64,000 nucleotides of DNA from Candidatus Binatia bacterium (lineage in GTDB: Bacteria; Desulfobacterota; Binatia; UBA9968; JAJDTQ01), in contig OX638375.1 of the NCBI GenBank assembly GCA_951813575.1, positions 3,805,108 to 3,869,107 on the forward strand, read 5' to 3'. Position 1 is the first letter of the stretch. Each line of letters starts with the position of its first letter. The position numbers and the translations under genes are program-made. Shown here piece after piece: positions 20,131 through 29,700 of the stretch. The notes under the pieces were generated by a model. It was not told the origin of the DNA. It saw nothing but the letters and a program-made list of their open reading frames with translations, and made no database searches.

Positions 20131-23100
20131 ATGTCCAACCCGTTCTTCGAACAGCCGGTCCTCAACTCGCCTTACGAGTACCCCAACCGTCATTGGGAGC
20201 TGGATGAAACCGGTCAGCCCACGCAGAAGATCATCGAGCGCCGAAGGCCGGCCCAGTTCATCACGCCCATCCCAAAACCGAAGAAGGGCAAGGGTTCCGC
20301 CCCCGACCAGGCCGATTTCCTGTTCGGTGAAGGGAAAGACCTTTCCACAGAGAAGCAGCAGTACGAGCACACGGCGATCATCAACAGCGTGCGCGAGCAG
20401 GTGGACCGCTGGCGACGCATACCAGACCCGGGCCACTGGCAGGTGACCCCGGAGACGGCTCGCCTGCTACAGCATTGGCGCCATCATCGCTTCAGCGGCG
20501 TCCGGCCCTTCTTCTGTCAGGTCGAAGCGGCCGAGACCGTCATTTGGCTAACGGAGGTGGCGCCTCAGGGCCAGACGGGCAGGCGGTTTCTCGACCACCT
20601 TGCAAACGCCAACAACGACGCGAATCCGGAGTTGCAGAGGCTAGCTCTCAAGCTGGCCACTGGCGCGGGAAAGACGACCGTTATGGCGATGCTGATCGCC
20701 TGGCAGACGGTCAACGCGGTTCGTCACCCTCAGAGCCGCCGGTTCACGCGCGGTTTTCTGGTGGCGACGCCCGGCATTACCATCAAGGACCGTCTTCGGG
20801 TTCTGCAACCCAACGATCCGGACAGCTACTATCAGAGCCGGGAGTTGGTCCCCGGCGACATGCTCCCGGATCTCCAGAAGGCGAAGATCATTATCACGAA
20901 CTACCACGCCTTCAAGCTGCGTGACCGCATGGAGCTGTCCAAGGGCGGACGCTCCCTGCTGCAGGGAAGGGGAGGGGTGCTCGCGACCCTGGAGACCGAA
21001 GGGCAGATGCTTCAACGGGTCATGCCCGGACTCATGGGCATGAAGAATGTGATGGTGCTCAACGATGAAGCGCACCACTGCTATCGCGAGAAGCCGGGCG
21101 AGGCAGAGGAAGGCGCGTTCATGGGCGAGGATAAGGAGGAGGCAAGAAAGAACACCGAGGCCGCACGTTTGTGGATATCCGGACTCGCATCGGTGGCCCG
21201 AAGGCTCGGAGTCGCTCGGGTAGTCGATCTTTCGGCGACACCGTTCTTCCTGCGCGGTTCGGGCTACGCCGAGGGAACCCTGTTCCCCTGGACCATGAAC
21301 GATTTCTCGCTCATGGATGCCATCGAGTGCGGCATCGTCAAGCTTCCTCGGGTGCCGGTAGCCGACAATGTTTCCGGGGACGACATGCCGAAGTTCCGTA
21401 ATCTGTGGGAACACATCCGTGCCAGAATGCCAAAGAAGGGGCGAGGCAAGGCCGCGAATCTTGATCCTCTCAGTCTGCCGACCCTTCTCAAGACTGCCCT
21501 GGAAGCACTGTACGGCCACTACAAGAAGACGTTCGATGCGATGGCGGAGGCGGGAATTGAGGTGTCACCATGCTTCATCGTCGTATGCAACAACACCTCC
21601 ACCTCCAAGCTTGTCTACGACTACATTTCGGGGTTCCATCGCGAGAACGCCGACGGCTCGACGAAACTCGAAAATGGGCGCCTCGAACTGTTCCGCAATT
21701 TCGACGAGCACGGCAACCCGTACCCGCGGCCGCGCACGCTGTTGATCGACAGCGAGCAGTTGGAGTCCGGCGATTCTCTGGACAGGGATTTCCGCAAGAT
21801 GGCCGCCGAGGAGATCGAGCGCTTCCGGCGGGAGATCATCGAGCGCACCGGCGACCGTCAAAGGGCCGAGAAGATCAGCGATCAAGACCTTCTCCGAGAG
21901 GTCATGAACACCGTCGGTAAACCCGGGCGCCTGGGAGATACGATTCGTTGCGTGGTGTCCGTGTCCATGTTGACCGAAGGGTGGGACGCCAACACGGTCA
22001 GCCACGTGCTCGGCATCCGTGCCTTCGGTACCCAGTTGCTCTGCGAACAGGTCGTCGGGCGCGCGCTACGCCGGCAATCCTATGATCTGAACGAGGAGGG
22101 CCTCTTCGATGTCGAGTACGCGGACGTACTGGGTATACCGTTCGACTTTACCGCGAAACCGGTCGTGGTCCCGCCAAAGCCGCCGCAGCAGACCGTTCAG
22201 GTCAAGGCCGTTCGGCCTGAACGGGACTCGCTCGAGATTTCGTTTCCACGGGTGGCGGGGTACCGGGTGGAGTTACCTCAAGAGAGGCTGAGGGCCAACT
22301 TTAACGACGACTCCGTGCTGAACCTCACCCCTGACCTCGTAGGACCATCCATTACGAGAAGCCAGGGTATCATCGGCGAGGGTGTAGATCTCAACCTGGT
22401 TCACACCGGCGACCTGCGGTCGTCCACGCTGCTGTTTCACCTCACGCAACGGCTGCTCTATACGAAGTGGCGCGATCCTGGCGAAGAGCCCAAGCTCCAT
22501 CTCTTCGGTCAGCTCAAGCGCCTGACTAAGCAGTGGCTCGACGGCTACCTTGTTTGTAAAGGGGGTACCTATCGTGCCCAACTCATGTGGCAGGAGTTGG
22601 CAGACATTGCCTGTCAGCGCATTACCGACGCCATCACGCGGGCGGAGTTCGGCAGCCGGCCCGTCAAGGTGGTGCTCGACCCATACAACCCGACGGGTTC
22701 CACGGCCGACGTCAACTTCACCACCTCAAGGACAACACGCTGGCCGACCGACCCCGGCCGTTGCCACGTCAATTGGGTCATCTACGACAGCAGTTGGGAG
22801 AGGGAATTCTGCCGCATCGTGGAATCACATCCACGAGTCAAGGCCTACATCAAGAACCACAGCCTTGGGCTGGAGGTTCCTTACCGCTTCGCGTCCCAGG
22901 CGCGTATTTACATTCCCGATTTCATCGTTCTTGTCGACGATGGCCATGGAGACGATGATCTCTTGCGTCTCATCGTTGAGATCAAGGGGTATCGCGGGGA
23001 GGACGCCAAGGACAAGAAAGCCACCATGGATACCTATTGGGTGCCTGGCGTAAACAATCACGGCGGCTACGGCCGTTGGGCGTTTGCCGAGCTTAGGGAC

Positions 23101-23271
23101 GTCTATGAACTTGAGTCTGACTTCGAAGCCAAGGTGAAAGAGGCCTTTGGCGGAATGCTCGAAGAAGTGGTCATGGACCCCGCCGGCCGGGCCACGCAGA
23201 CAGCCCGTGAGATGCAGGGCAGGTTGCGGGTCGGCCGCAAGCTGACACGTGAGGAGATGAATGAGCGCTGA
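20131..23271 (+). CDS. type III-like restriction endonuclease subunit (SF2 helicase + PD-(D/E)xK; BPTD_3080-like)
   Basis: LATGAGKT, NDEAHH, SATP, LTEGWD, QVVGRALR, YIPDF..VEIKG. Confidence 0.92.
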   Translation: MSNPFFEQPVLNSPYEYPNRHWELDETGQPTQKIIERRRPAQFITPIPKPKKGKGSAPDQADFLFGEGKDLSTEKQQYEHTAIINSVREQVDRWRRIPDPGHWQVTPETARLLQHWRHHRFSGVRPFFCQVEAAETVIWLTEVAPQGQTGRRFLDHLANANNDANPELQRLALKLATGAGKTTVMAMLIAWQTVNAVRHPQSRRFTRGFLVATPGITIKDRLRVLQPNDPDSYYQSRELVPGDMLPDLQKAKIIITNYHAFKLRDRMELSKGGRSLLQGRGGVLATLETEGQMLQRVMPGLMGMKNVMVLNDEAHHCYREKPGEAEEGAFMGEDKEEARKNTEAARLWISGLASVARRLGVARVVDLSATPFFLRGSGYAEGTLFPWTMNDFSLMDAIECGIVKLPRVPVADNVSGDDMPKFRNLWEHIRARMPKKGRGKAANLDPLSLPTLLKTALEALYGHYKKTFDAMAEAGIEVSPCFIVVCNNTSTSKLVYDYISGFHRENADGSTKLENGRLELFRNFDEHGNPYPRPRTLLIDSEQLESGDSLDRDFRKMAAEEIERFRREIIERTGDRQRAEKISDQDLLREVMNTVGKPGRLGDTIRCVVSVSMLTEGWDANTVSHVLGIRAFGTQLLCEQVVGRALRRQSYDLNEEGLFDVEYADVLGIPFDFTAKPVVVPPKPPQQTVQVKAVRPERDSLEISFPRVAGYRVELPQERLRANFNDDSVLNLTPDLVGPSITRSQGIIGEGVDLNLVHTGDLRSSTLLFHLTQRLLYTKWRDPGEEPKLHLFGQLKRLTKQWLDGYLVCKGGTYRAQLMWQELADIACQRITDAITRAEFGSRPVKVVLDPYNPTGSTADVNFTTSRTTRWPTDPGRCHVNWVIYDSSWEREFCRIVESHPRVKAYIKNHSLGLEVPYRFASQARIYIPDFIVLVDDGHGDDDLLRLIVEIKGYRGEDAKDKKATMDTYWVPGVNNHGGYGRWAFAELRDVYELESDFEAKVKEAFGGMLEEVVMDPAGRATQTAREMQGRLRVGRKLTREEMNER

Positions 23272-23319
23272 GCGTTTTCCCCAGAATTGTCCCAGGACGA
23301 GTAAGAACTGGCACATCCC

Positions 23320-26130
23320 ATGAAACGATCACGAAAGACATCCAAGACGGTGGAGGTTCTGACCCACGGCAAGGCGTCGCGCAAGAATATCCCTACGGCC
23401 GAATATCAGCCTCTGATGAAGAAGGACGATGAGAGTCCGGTCCAGGTCGCCTACGAGCGCCGCAACCGTGATCTTGACCCACAACTCGTCTGGCGGGGCA
23501 AGGATGTGCAGGACTGGTCCGACCTCGTCGTCCAGGCGCCGCCACTCTTCATTCAGGAAAAGGTCCACCCGAAGGCTCTGATCGAGGATCTGCTGCGTAG
23601 GAGTAAGCAATCACAGGAGGAGCAGGCTCGTGACGAGCCTGGCTTCCACTTGGACCTGTTCGCCGATTTCAACGGCCTTCCTTCCGAGGACGCCAAGACG
23701 GAGTTCTACCAGCACGACGCCAACTGGTCGAACCGGATGATTCTGGGCGACAGCTTGCAGGTGATGGCGTCGCTGGCGGAGCGGGAGGGACTGCGCGGCA
23801 AGGTGCAGTGTATCTACATCGACCCGCCCTACGGCATCAAATTCAATTCCAATTTCCAGTGGTCGACGACCAGCCGCGATGTCAAGGACGGCAACGCCGC
23901 GCACATCACGCGCGAGCCGGAGCAGGTGAAGGCGTTTCGAGATACGTGGCGGGACGGCATTCACTCGTATCTGACGTATCTGCGGGATCGGCTGACCGTC
24001 GCGCGGGATCTGTTGACTGAGAGCGGATCGATCTTCGTGCAGATTGGGGACGAGAATGTGCATCGGGTGCGGGCGTTGATGGATGAGGTGCTTGGAGGGG
24101 AGAACTTTGTGAGCGAAATTATTACCAAGAAGAGCGGCGGCATGGGTCAAGCGCAGATAGATAACGTTTCTGACTTCATTCTGTGGTACGCACGAGACAG
24201 AGATTCAGTGAAGTACCGACCATTGTTCGACAAGAAAGACTTTGGTTCAGGGCCCGGCTTGCGATACCGAACAGTGCAAGAAGCCAACGGCTGCACTCGA
24301 CGGATGACAAGAACTGAAGTTGAGGAACCGTCGTTATTGCCAGTTGGGAGTCGGGTTTTTCTTGGCGGCCCCTTGACCTCTGAAACATCCAGTAACTCAA
24401 CCACTTTCGATTTTGAACTGGCGGGTCGACAAATAGCGCTCAAGAAGGGTGGTTGGAAAACTAACAAACTAGGCATGGGTCGACTGATTCGGGCAGATCG
24501 CCTGTTTAACACCAAGAGTTTTGTCAACTATAAACTTTTTTTTGACGACTTTTGTGCGGCTGGTATTCCCAACTTATGGCAGGATACCATGGGAACTGCA
24601 GAACAAAATAAGGTTTACGTAGTCCAGACAGTGCGGAAAGTTGTCCAACGCTGCATCCTCATGACAACAGACCCCGGTGACCTCGTCCTCGACCCCACCT
24701 GCGGCTCGGGCACCACCGCGTACGTCGCCGAACAGTGGGGCCGGCGCTGGATCACCATCGATACCTCCCGCGTGGCTCTGGCGCTGGCCCGTACCCGCAT
24801 CATGGGCGCTCGCTATCCCTACTACCTGCTCGCCGACAGCCGTGAAGGTCAGATCAAGGAAGCCGAACTCGCCCGCAAGGCCCCGTCGGAAGCGCCCACG
24901 TATAACGACATCCGCCAGGGTTTCGTGTACGAGCGCGTGCCACACATTACCCTCAAGTCCATCGCCAACAACGCCGAAATCGACGTGATCTGGGAAAAGT
25001 TTCAGGAAACGCTTGAGCCGATACGTCAGGAACTGAACGACGCGCTCGGCGCATCCTACGAGGAATGGGAAATTCCGCGCGACGCTGATGACAACTGGTC
25101 CGAGGAGGTCAGAAGGTTTCACGCGGAATGGTGGGAACAGCGCATCGCCCGGCAAAAGGAAATCGACGCTTCCATAGCCGCCAAGGCCGACTACGAGTAC
25201 CTCTACGACAAGCCCTACGGAGACAACCGGAAAGCCCGCGTGGCCGGTCCCTTTACGGTGGAGAGTCTATCGCCGCACCGCCTGCTGGGCGTCGATGAAC
25301 ACGATGAACTCATCGACAAGGTCGCCGAAAGCACGGTCGGGTATGGCGACCAGCAGGATTTCGCCGCGATGATTCTTGACAATCTCAAGACCTCCGGCGT
25401 CCAACAGGCGCACAAAGAGGACCGCATCGCCTTCTCCAGTATTAGACCCTGGCCCGGAAGTTTCGTTTGTGCCGAGGGAACCTACGTCGAAGGCAGCAGC
25501 GACTCGGGTCCAAGGAAACGCGCCGGCATCTTCATCGGCCCGGAATTCGGCACCGTCTCCCGTCCCGATCTTGTATCAGCGGTGCGCGAGGCCGCCGACG
25601 CCGACTTCGACGTGCTGATCGCCTGCGCTTTCAACTACGACGCCCACGCTTCGGAGTTCAACAAGCTCGGCCGCGTCCCGGTCCTGAAGGCCCGCATGAA
25701 CGCGGACCTCCACATGGCCGGCGACCTCAAGAACACCGGCAAGGGCAACCTCTTCGTCATCTTCGGAGAGCCGGACCTCGACATCCTCGAAGCGGAGGAC
25801 AATCAAATCCAGATCAAGGTCAACGGCGTGGACGTATTCCACCCCAACACCGGCGAAATCCGCAGCGACGGCGCCGACGGCATCGCCTGTTGGTTCATCG
25901 ATACCGACTACAACGAGGAGAGCTTCTTCGTCCGCCACGCCTACTTCCTAGGCGCCAGCGACCCGTACAAGGCCCTCAAGACCACCCTCAAGGCCGAGAT
26001 CAACGAGGAGGCTTGGGAAACGTTACACAGCGACACCTCCCGGCCTTTCGACAAACCCGCATCGGGCCGCATCGCCGTAAAGGTGATCAACCACCTCGGA
26101 GACGAGGTCATGAAGGTGTTTCGGGTGTGA
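23320..26130 (+). CDS. site-specific N6-adenine DNA methyltransferase (type III Mod-like)
   Basis: IDPPYG catalytic motif precedes LDPTCGSGTT SAM motif (beta order); long C-terminal extension. Confidence 0.93.
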   Translation: MKRSRKTSKTVEVLTHGKASRKNIPTAEYQPLMKKDDESPVQVAYERRNRDLDPQLVWRGKDVQDWSDLVVQAPPLFIQEKVHPKALIEDLLRRSKQSQEEQARDEPGFHLDLFADFNGLPSEDAKTEFYQHDANWSNRMILGDSLQVMASLAEREGLRGKVQCIYIDPPYGIKFNSNFQWSTTSRDVKDGNAAHITREPEQVKAFRDTWRDGIHSYLTYLRDRLTVARDLLTESGSIFVQIGDENVHRVRALMDEVLGGENFVSEIITKKSGGMGQAQIDNVSDFILWYARDRDSVKYRPLFDKKDFGSGPGLRYRTVQEANGCTRRMTRTEVEEPSLLPVGSRVFLGGPLTSETSSNSTTFDFELAGRQIALKKGGWKTNKLGMGRLIRADRLFNTKSFVNYKLFFDDFCAAGIPNLWQDTMGTAEQNKVYVVQTVRKVVQRCILMTTDPGDLVLDPTCGSGTTAYVAEQWGRRWITIDTSRVALALARTRIMGARYPYYLLADSREGQIKEAELARKAPSEAPTYNDIRQGFVYERVPHITLKSIANNAEIDVIWEKFQETLEPIRQELNDALGASYEEWEIPRDADDNWSEEVRRFHAEWWEQRIARQKEIDASIAAKADYEYLYDKPYGDNRKARVAGPFTVESLSPHRLLGVDEHDELIDKVAESTVGYGDQQDFAAMILDNLKTSGVQQAHKEDRIAFSSIRPWPGSFVCAEGTYVEGSSDSGPRKRAGIFIGPEFGTVSRPDLVSAVREAADADFDVLIACAFNYDAHASEFNKLGRVPVLKARMNADLHMAGDLKNTGKGNLFVIFGEPDLDILEAEDNQIQIKVNGVDVFHPNTGEIRSDGADGIACWFIDTDYNEESFFVRHAYFLGASDPYKALKTTLKAEINEEAWETLHSDTSRPFDKPASGRIAVKVINHLGDEVMKVFRV

Positions 26131-26160
26131 AGCCACCGTTACGAGAGGGGAGGGTGCCTC

Positions 26161-27150
26161 ATGGCTAGCGGTGATCAAATCAAGGCATTACTGAAGTCGC
26201 ACCTCGATGGTGATGACGACCGCTTCTTTGCCGTCGCCATGCAGGTGGCGGCTCATGAGGCCAGGCTCGGCCATGGCAAACTTGCCGAAGAGTTACGCGC
26301 CATGGTTGACGAAGCCAAGGGCCAAGTTGGGACGGTTCGGCCCGTTCCCATCGGCCGCCCGCGAGGAGAACTCGCGAATCTCCTGGAAGCGTCATACCCG
26401 AAGACTCGTCTCAGTGAGATGATTCTCGGCGATGCTCTCGCTGAACAGATCAGCCGGGTCATCCGGGAGCAGCGCCAAGCCAGTCGCATCCTGGCATCTG
26501 GCCTCTCCCCCAGGCGGAAATTGCTGCTGATAGGCCCTCCCGGCACAGGCAAGACGTTGACGGCTACGGTCTTGGCGGGGGAACTCCGCCTTCCTCTCTT
26601 CCAGGTCAGGCTGGACGGGCTCATCACCAAGTTCATGGGAGAGACCGCGGCCAAACTAAGGCAGATATTCGATGCCACAAGTCGGAACCGGGGCATCTAC
26701 TTTTTCGATGAGTTCGACGCCATCGGTTCACAGCGGGGTCTTGCCAACGACGTGGGTGAGATTCGTCGCGTTTTGAACAGTTTCTTGCAGATGATTGAGC
26801 AAGATGGTTCTCACAGTTTGGTCGTTGCGGCGACAAACCATCCCGGAATACTCGATCACGCCCTGTTCCGCCGTTTCGACGATGTCTTGCACTATGAGTT
26901 GCCGGACATTTCACACATTGCAGACCTCCTGAAGAGACGGCTTGCCGGATCGGTCGCCAAGGGGTTCCGATGGGATGACTCGGCGAAACTGGCGCAGGGC
27001 CTGAGTTATGCCGAGGTAACGCGCGCGGCCAACGAGGCTCTCAAGGACGCGCTGATCCACGACCGTGACAGAGTCCTTCCGGAAGAACTTCGAACCGTAC
27101 TCGCCGAGCGCAAGCGTCTTGCTGAGAGGTTGACCACGCAAGTGGAATAG
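26161..27150 (+). CDS. AAA ATPase, IetA-like
   Basis: GPPGTGKT, FFDEFDAI, AATNH..LD.ALFRRFD; paired with an S8 protease. Confidence 0.9.
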   Translation: MASGDQIKALLKSHLDGDDDRFFAVAMQVAAHEARLGHGKLAEELRAMVDEAKGQVGTVRPVPIGRPRGELANLLEASYPKTRLSEMILGDALAEQISRVIREQRQASRILASGLSPRRKLLLIGPPGTGKTLTATVLAGELRLPLFQVRLDGLITKFMGETAAKLRQIFDATSRNRGIYFFDEFDAIGSQRGLANDVGEIRRVLNSFLQMIEQDGSHSLVVAATNHPGILDHALFRRFDDVLHYELPDISHIADLLKRRLAGSVAKGFRWDDSAKLAQGLSYAEVTRAANEALKDALIHDRDRVLPEELRTVLAERKRLAERLTTQVE

Positions 27151-27171
27151 GGCGAGGGGCGGGGGAACCAG

Positions 27172-29700
27172 ATGGCGGAGGCAAACGCGGGTCGACAGCG
27201 GCACTTCATTCTCGAGGGCATCACCGAGACAGAGGAGTACCGCCGCCCAGGAGGTGGCGGGCAGCGCACTTCGATCCCGGAACAGGACCGGATACAGCAT
27301 GGCGGAGCTCTGCTGGGCCAGCTTGCGGAGTGTCGAGGTGCCGCCGACGCCGCCCGAGAGATCCAGCAGACTGCCGGGTTCGAAGGAGGTCTGGGCCTCC
27401 AGGTCGAATTCGAGAGTTTCCCTGATGTCGAGTTGGCGTTCGAGAGCTTGGCGAGAGAACGCCAGGGCATCGAATTGCTGAACGTGCGCCATGACGAGAA
27501 TCGGACCCTCGCCACCGTCTTCGTCCCCGACGGTAAGTTGGACCATTTCGAAGGGCTCATCCACGACTATCTGGATGGAAAGCGAGACCGCGCAGACCGT
27601 CCTCGTGACAACAGGCGTCTCATCGACGCCATCCAGCAGATCCGAGCGGCAAGCATTCGGGCGCTTTGGACCGACGATGACGAGGCGTTCCCGACACCCG
27701 AGGAAGGTCCGGTGTGGTGGGAAGTATGGCTACCGCGGCAGGGCACCCCATCGGACCCCGGTGCGGATCAAATTCTGCCCCCGGATGGTTTCCGACAGAG
27801 AGCCGAAGCTCAGGGAATGCAGGTGGCGCAAGGGGAAGCTCGATTTCCGGAGCGTACTGTCTTGTTGGTCCGGGCATCCCTCGGAGAGATGCAGCGTTCC
27901 ATGGTTACGCTGAACAGCATCGCCGAATTGCGGCGGGCGAAGGAGACGGCGGAGTTCTTTGATTCTCTGGAACGAGATGAGCAACGTGCATGGCTTGACG
28001 ACCTCCTTGCACGAACACGATTCGCTCAAGATACCGAGGAGACACCTTACGTGTGTCTGCTCGATACGGGTGTCAATCGCGGGCATCGATTGCTTGCGCC
28101 GGCCCTTGCCGCCCGTGACCTCCATACCGTCGAGCCTGGGTGGGGGACTGATGATGCCGAGGGGCATGGAACGGAGATGGCAGGCGTAGCTCTGGCCGGC
28201 AACTTGGCCGAGATCCTCGAAAGTAGCGACCCTGTAGAAATTGATCATCGGCTCGAATCCGTTAAGCTACTGCCAAAGGATGGAGCGACTGGAACGGATC
28301 CCCGTCACCATGCGTACTTGATGCTCGAAGCGGTGGCGCGTCCAGAGGTTACGGCCCCGTCGCGCGTTCGAGTTTTTGGCATGGCCGTCACGGCGCGTGA
28401 CAATCGGGACCGCGGGCGCCCGTCCTCTTGGTCCGGGGCGGTGGATTCGTTGGCGGCGGATATCGACGGATACGGAGCCAACCCGCGGCTACTGGTCGTG
28501 TCAGCAGGGAATGTCAGCGATCCCAGCGCGTGGTGGCATTATCCAAACAGTAACGAGACGGACGGAGTTCACGATCCTGCTCAAGCGTGGAACGCCGTCA
28601 CTGTAGGCGCCTATACCGACTTCGTCCAGATTGCTGAACCGGACGCTGCTGGCTATGTGCCGATCGCCCAGGCGGGCGAACTGAGTCCTTTCAGTACGAC
28701 CTCTCTGACATGGGAGCGCTTCTGGCCAAACAAACCGGACATCGTTCTCGAAGGTGGCAACGCGGCCAAGGACTCCCTGAGCGCGGCACCTCTGCCCAGC
28801 CTCAGCCTCTTGACGACGCACTATCGTCCCGCGGATCGACTCTTTACGACGACAAACGCGACCAGTGCCGGTATGGCGCTTGCATCCAGACTGGCGGCAC
28901 AAATCAGAGGCGCTTACCCTGAGCTATGGCCGGAAACAGTGCGTGCGTTAGTGGTCCACTCCGCTGAGTGGACGCCGGCCATGAAGCGTATGTTTCTGCA
29001 GGGTAGAAGACGCCCATCAAAGCTGGACTACGGGAATCTGGTACGGCGGTGTGGATTCGGCGTCCCGGACATCGATCGCGCAATTTGGAGTGTCGAGAAC
29101 TCCCTGACGATGGTTGTTCAGGAAACGTTGCAGCCGTTCAAACGTGTGCCGGGCAACCAGGTCACCCTGCGCGACATGCATCTCCACAATCTGCCTTGGC
29201 CGCGCGACGTTCTTGAGAGCCTGGGCGACGTGCAAGTCGAGTTGCGGGTCACGCTCTCCTACTTCATCGAACCCAATCCCTCGCAAAGAGGCGCCCGGTC
29301 ACGCTACCGGTACGAATCTCACGGGCTCCGCTTTGACGTAAGGCGCCCGCTGGAATCCACGGATGACTTTCGCCGCCGCATCAACTTGTTGGCAAGAGAT
29401 GAAGAAACGGGAGGCAATCTGGGCGGCGGCGACCCGTCATGGCTGATCGGAGGCCAAGGACGCCATCGAGGTTCGTTGCACGGAGACATCTGGAGAGGCA
29501 CGGCTGCGGACCTCGCGAATCGCGGTTCCATCGCTGTCTATCCCACCGCCGGCTGGTGGAAGACTCGACCTGCGCTGGAGCGTTACGACAAAATAGCCCG
29601 GTATGCCTTGGTCGTCAGCATCAAGGCGCCGGAGGTGGACGTCGATCTCTACAGTGAGGTTGCCAATCTGATTGCGGCGAAGGTCGGCGTTGAGATCTGA
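27172..29700 (+). CDS. S8 family subtilase, IetS-like
   Basis: Triad LLDTG, GHGTEMAG, NATSA; SAGN oxyanion; GFGVPD; no signal peptide. Confidence 0.9.
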   Translation: MAEANAGRQRHFILEGITETEEYRRPGGGGQRTSIPEQDRIQHGGALLGQLAECRGAADAAREIQQTAGFEGGLGLQVEFESFPDVELAFESLARERQGIELLNVRHDENRTLATVFVPDGKLDHFEGLIHDYLDGKRDRADRPRDNRRLIDAIQQIRAASIRALWTDDDEAFPTPEEGPVWWEVWLPRQGTPSDPGADQILPPDGFRQRAEAQGMQVAQGEARFPERTVLLVRASLGEMQRSMVTLNSIAELRRAKETAEFFDSLERDEQRAWLDDLLARTRFAQDTEETPYVCLLDTGVNRGHRLLAPALAARDLHTVEPGWGTDDAEGHGTEMAGVALAGNLAEILESSDPVEIDHRLESVKLLPKDGATGTDPRHHAYLMLEAVARPEVTAPSRVRVFGMAVTARDNRDRGRPSSWSGAVDSLAADIDGYGANPRLLVVSAGNVSDPSAWWHYPNSNETDGVHDPAQAWNAVTVGAYTDFVQIAEPDAAGYVPIAQAGELSPFSTTSLTWERFWPNKPDIVLEGGNAAKDSLSAAPLPSLSLLTTHYRPADRLFTTTNATSAGMALASRLAAQIRGAYPELWPETVRALVVHSAEWTPAMKRMFLQGRRRPSKLDYGNLVRRCGFGVPDIDRAIWSVENSLTMVVQETLQPFKRVPGNQVTLRDMHLHNLPWPRDVLESLGDVQVELRVTLSYFIEPNPSQRGARSRYRYESHGLRFDVRRPLESTDDFRRRINLLARDEETGGNLGGGDPSWLIGGQGRHRGSLHGDIWRGTAADLANRGSIAVYPTAGWWKTRPALERYDKIARYALVVSIKAPEVDVDLYSEVANLIAAKVGVEI

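Noticed and set aside
24536-24543. Phase-variable T8 tract in mod
   Set aside because: Short tract inside an AT-rich segment, gene is in frame, no evidence of slippage
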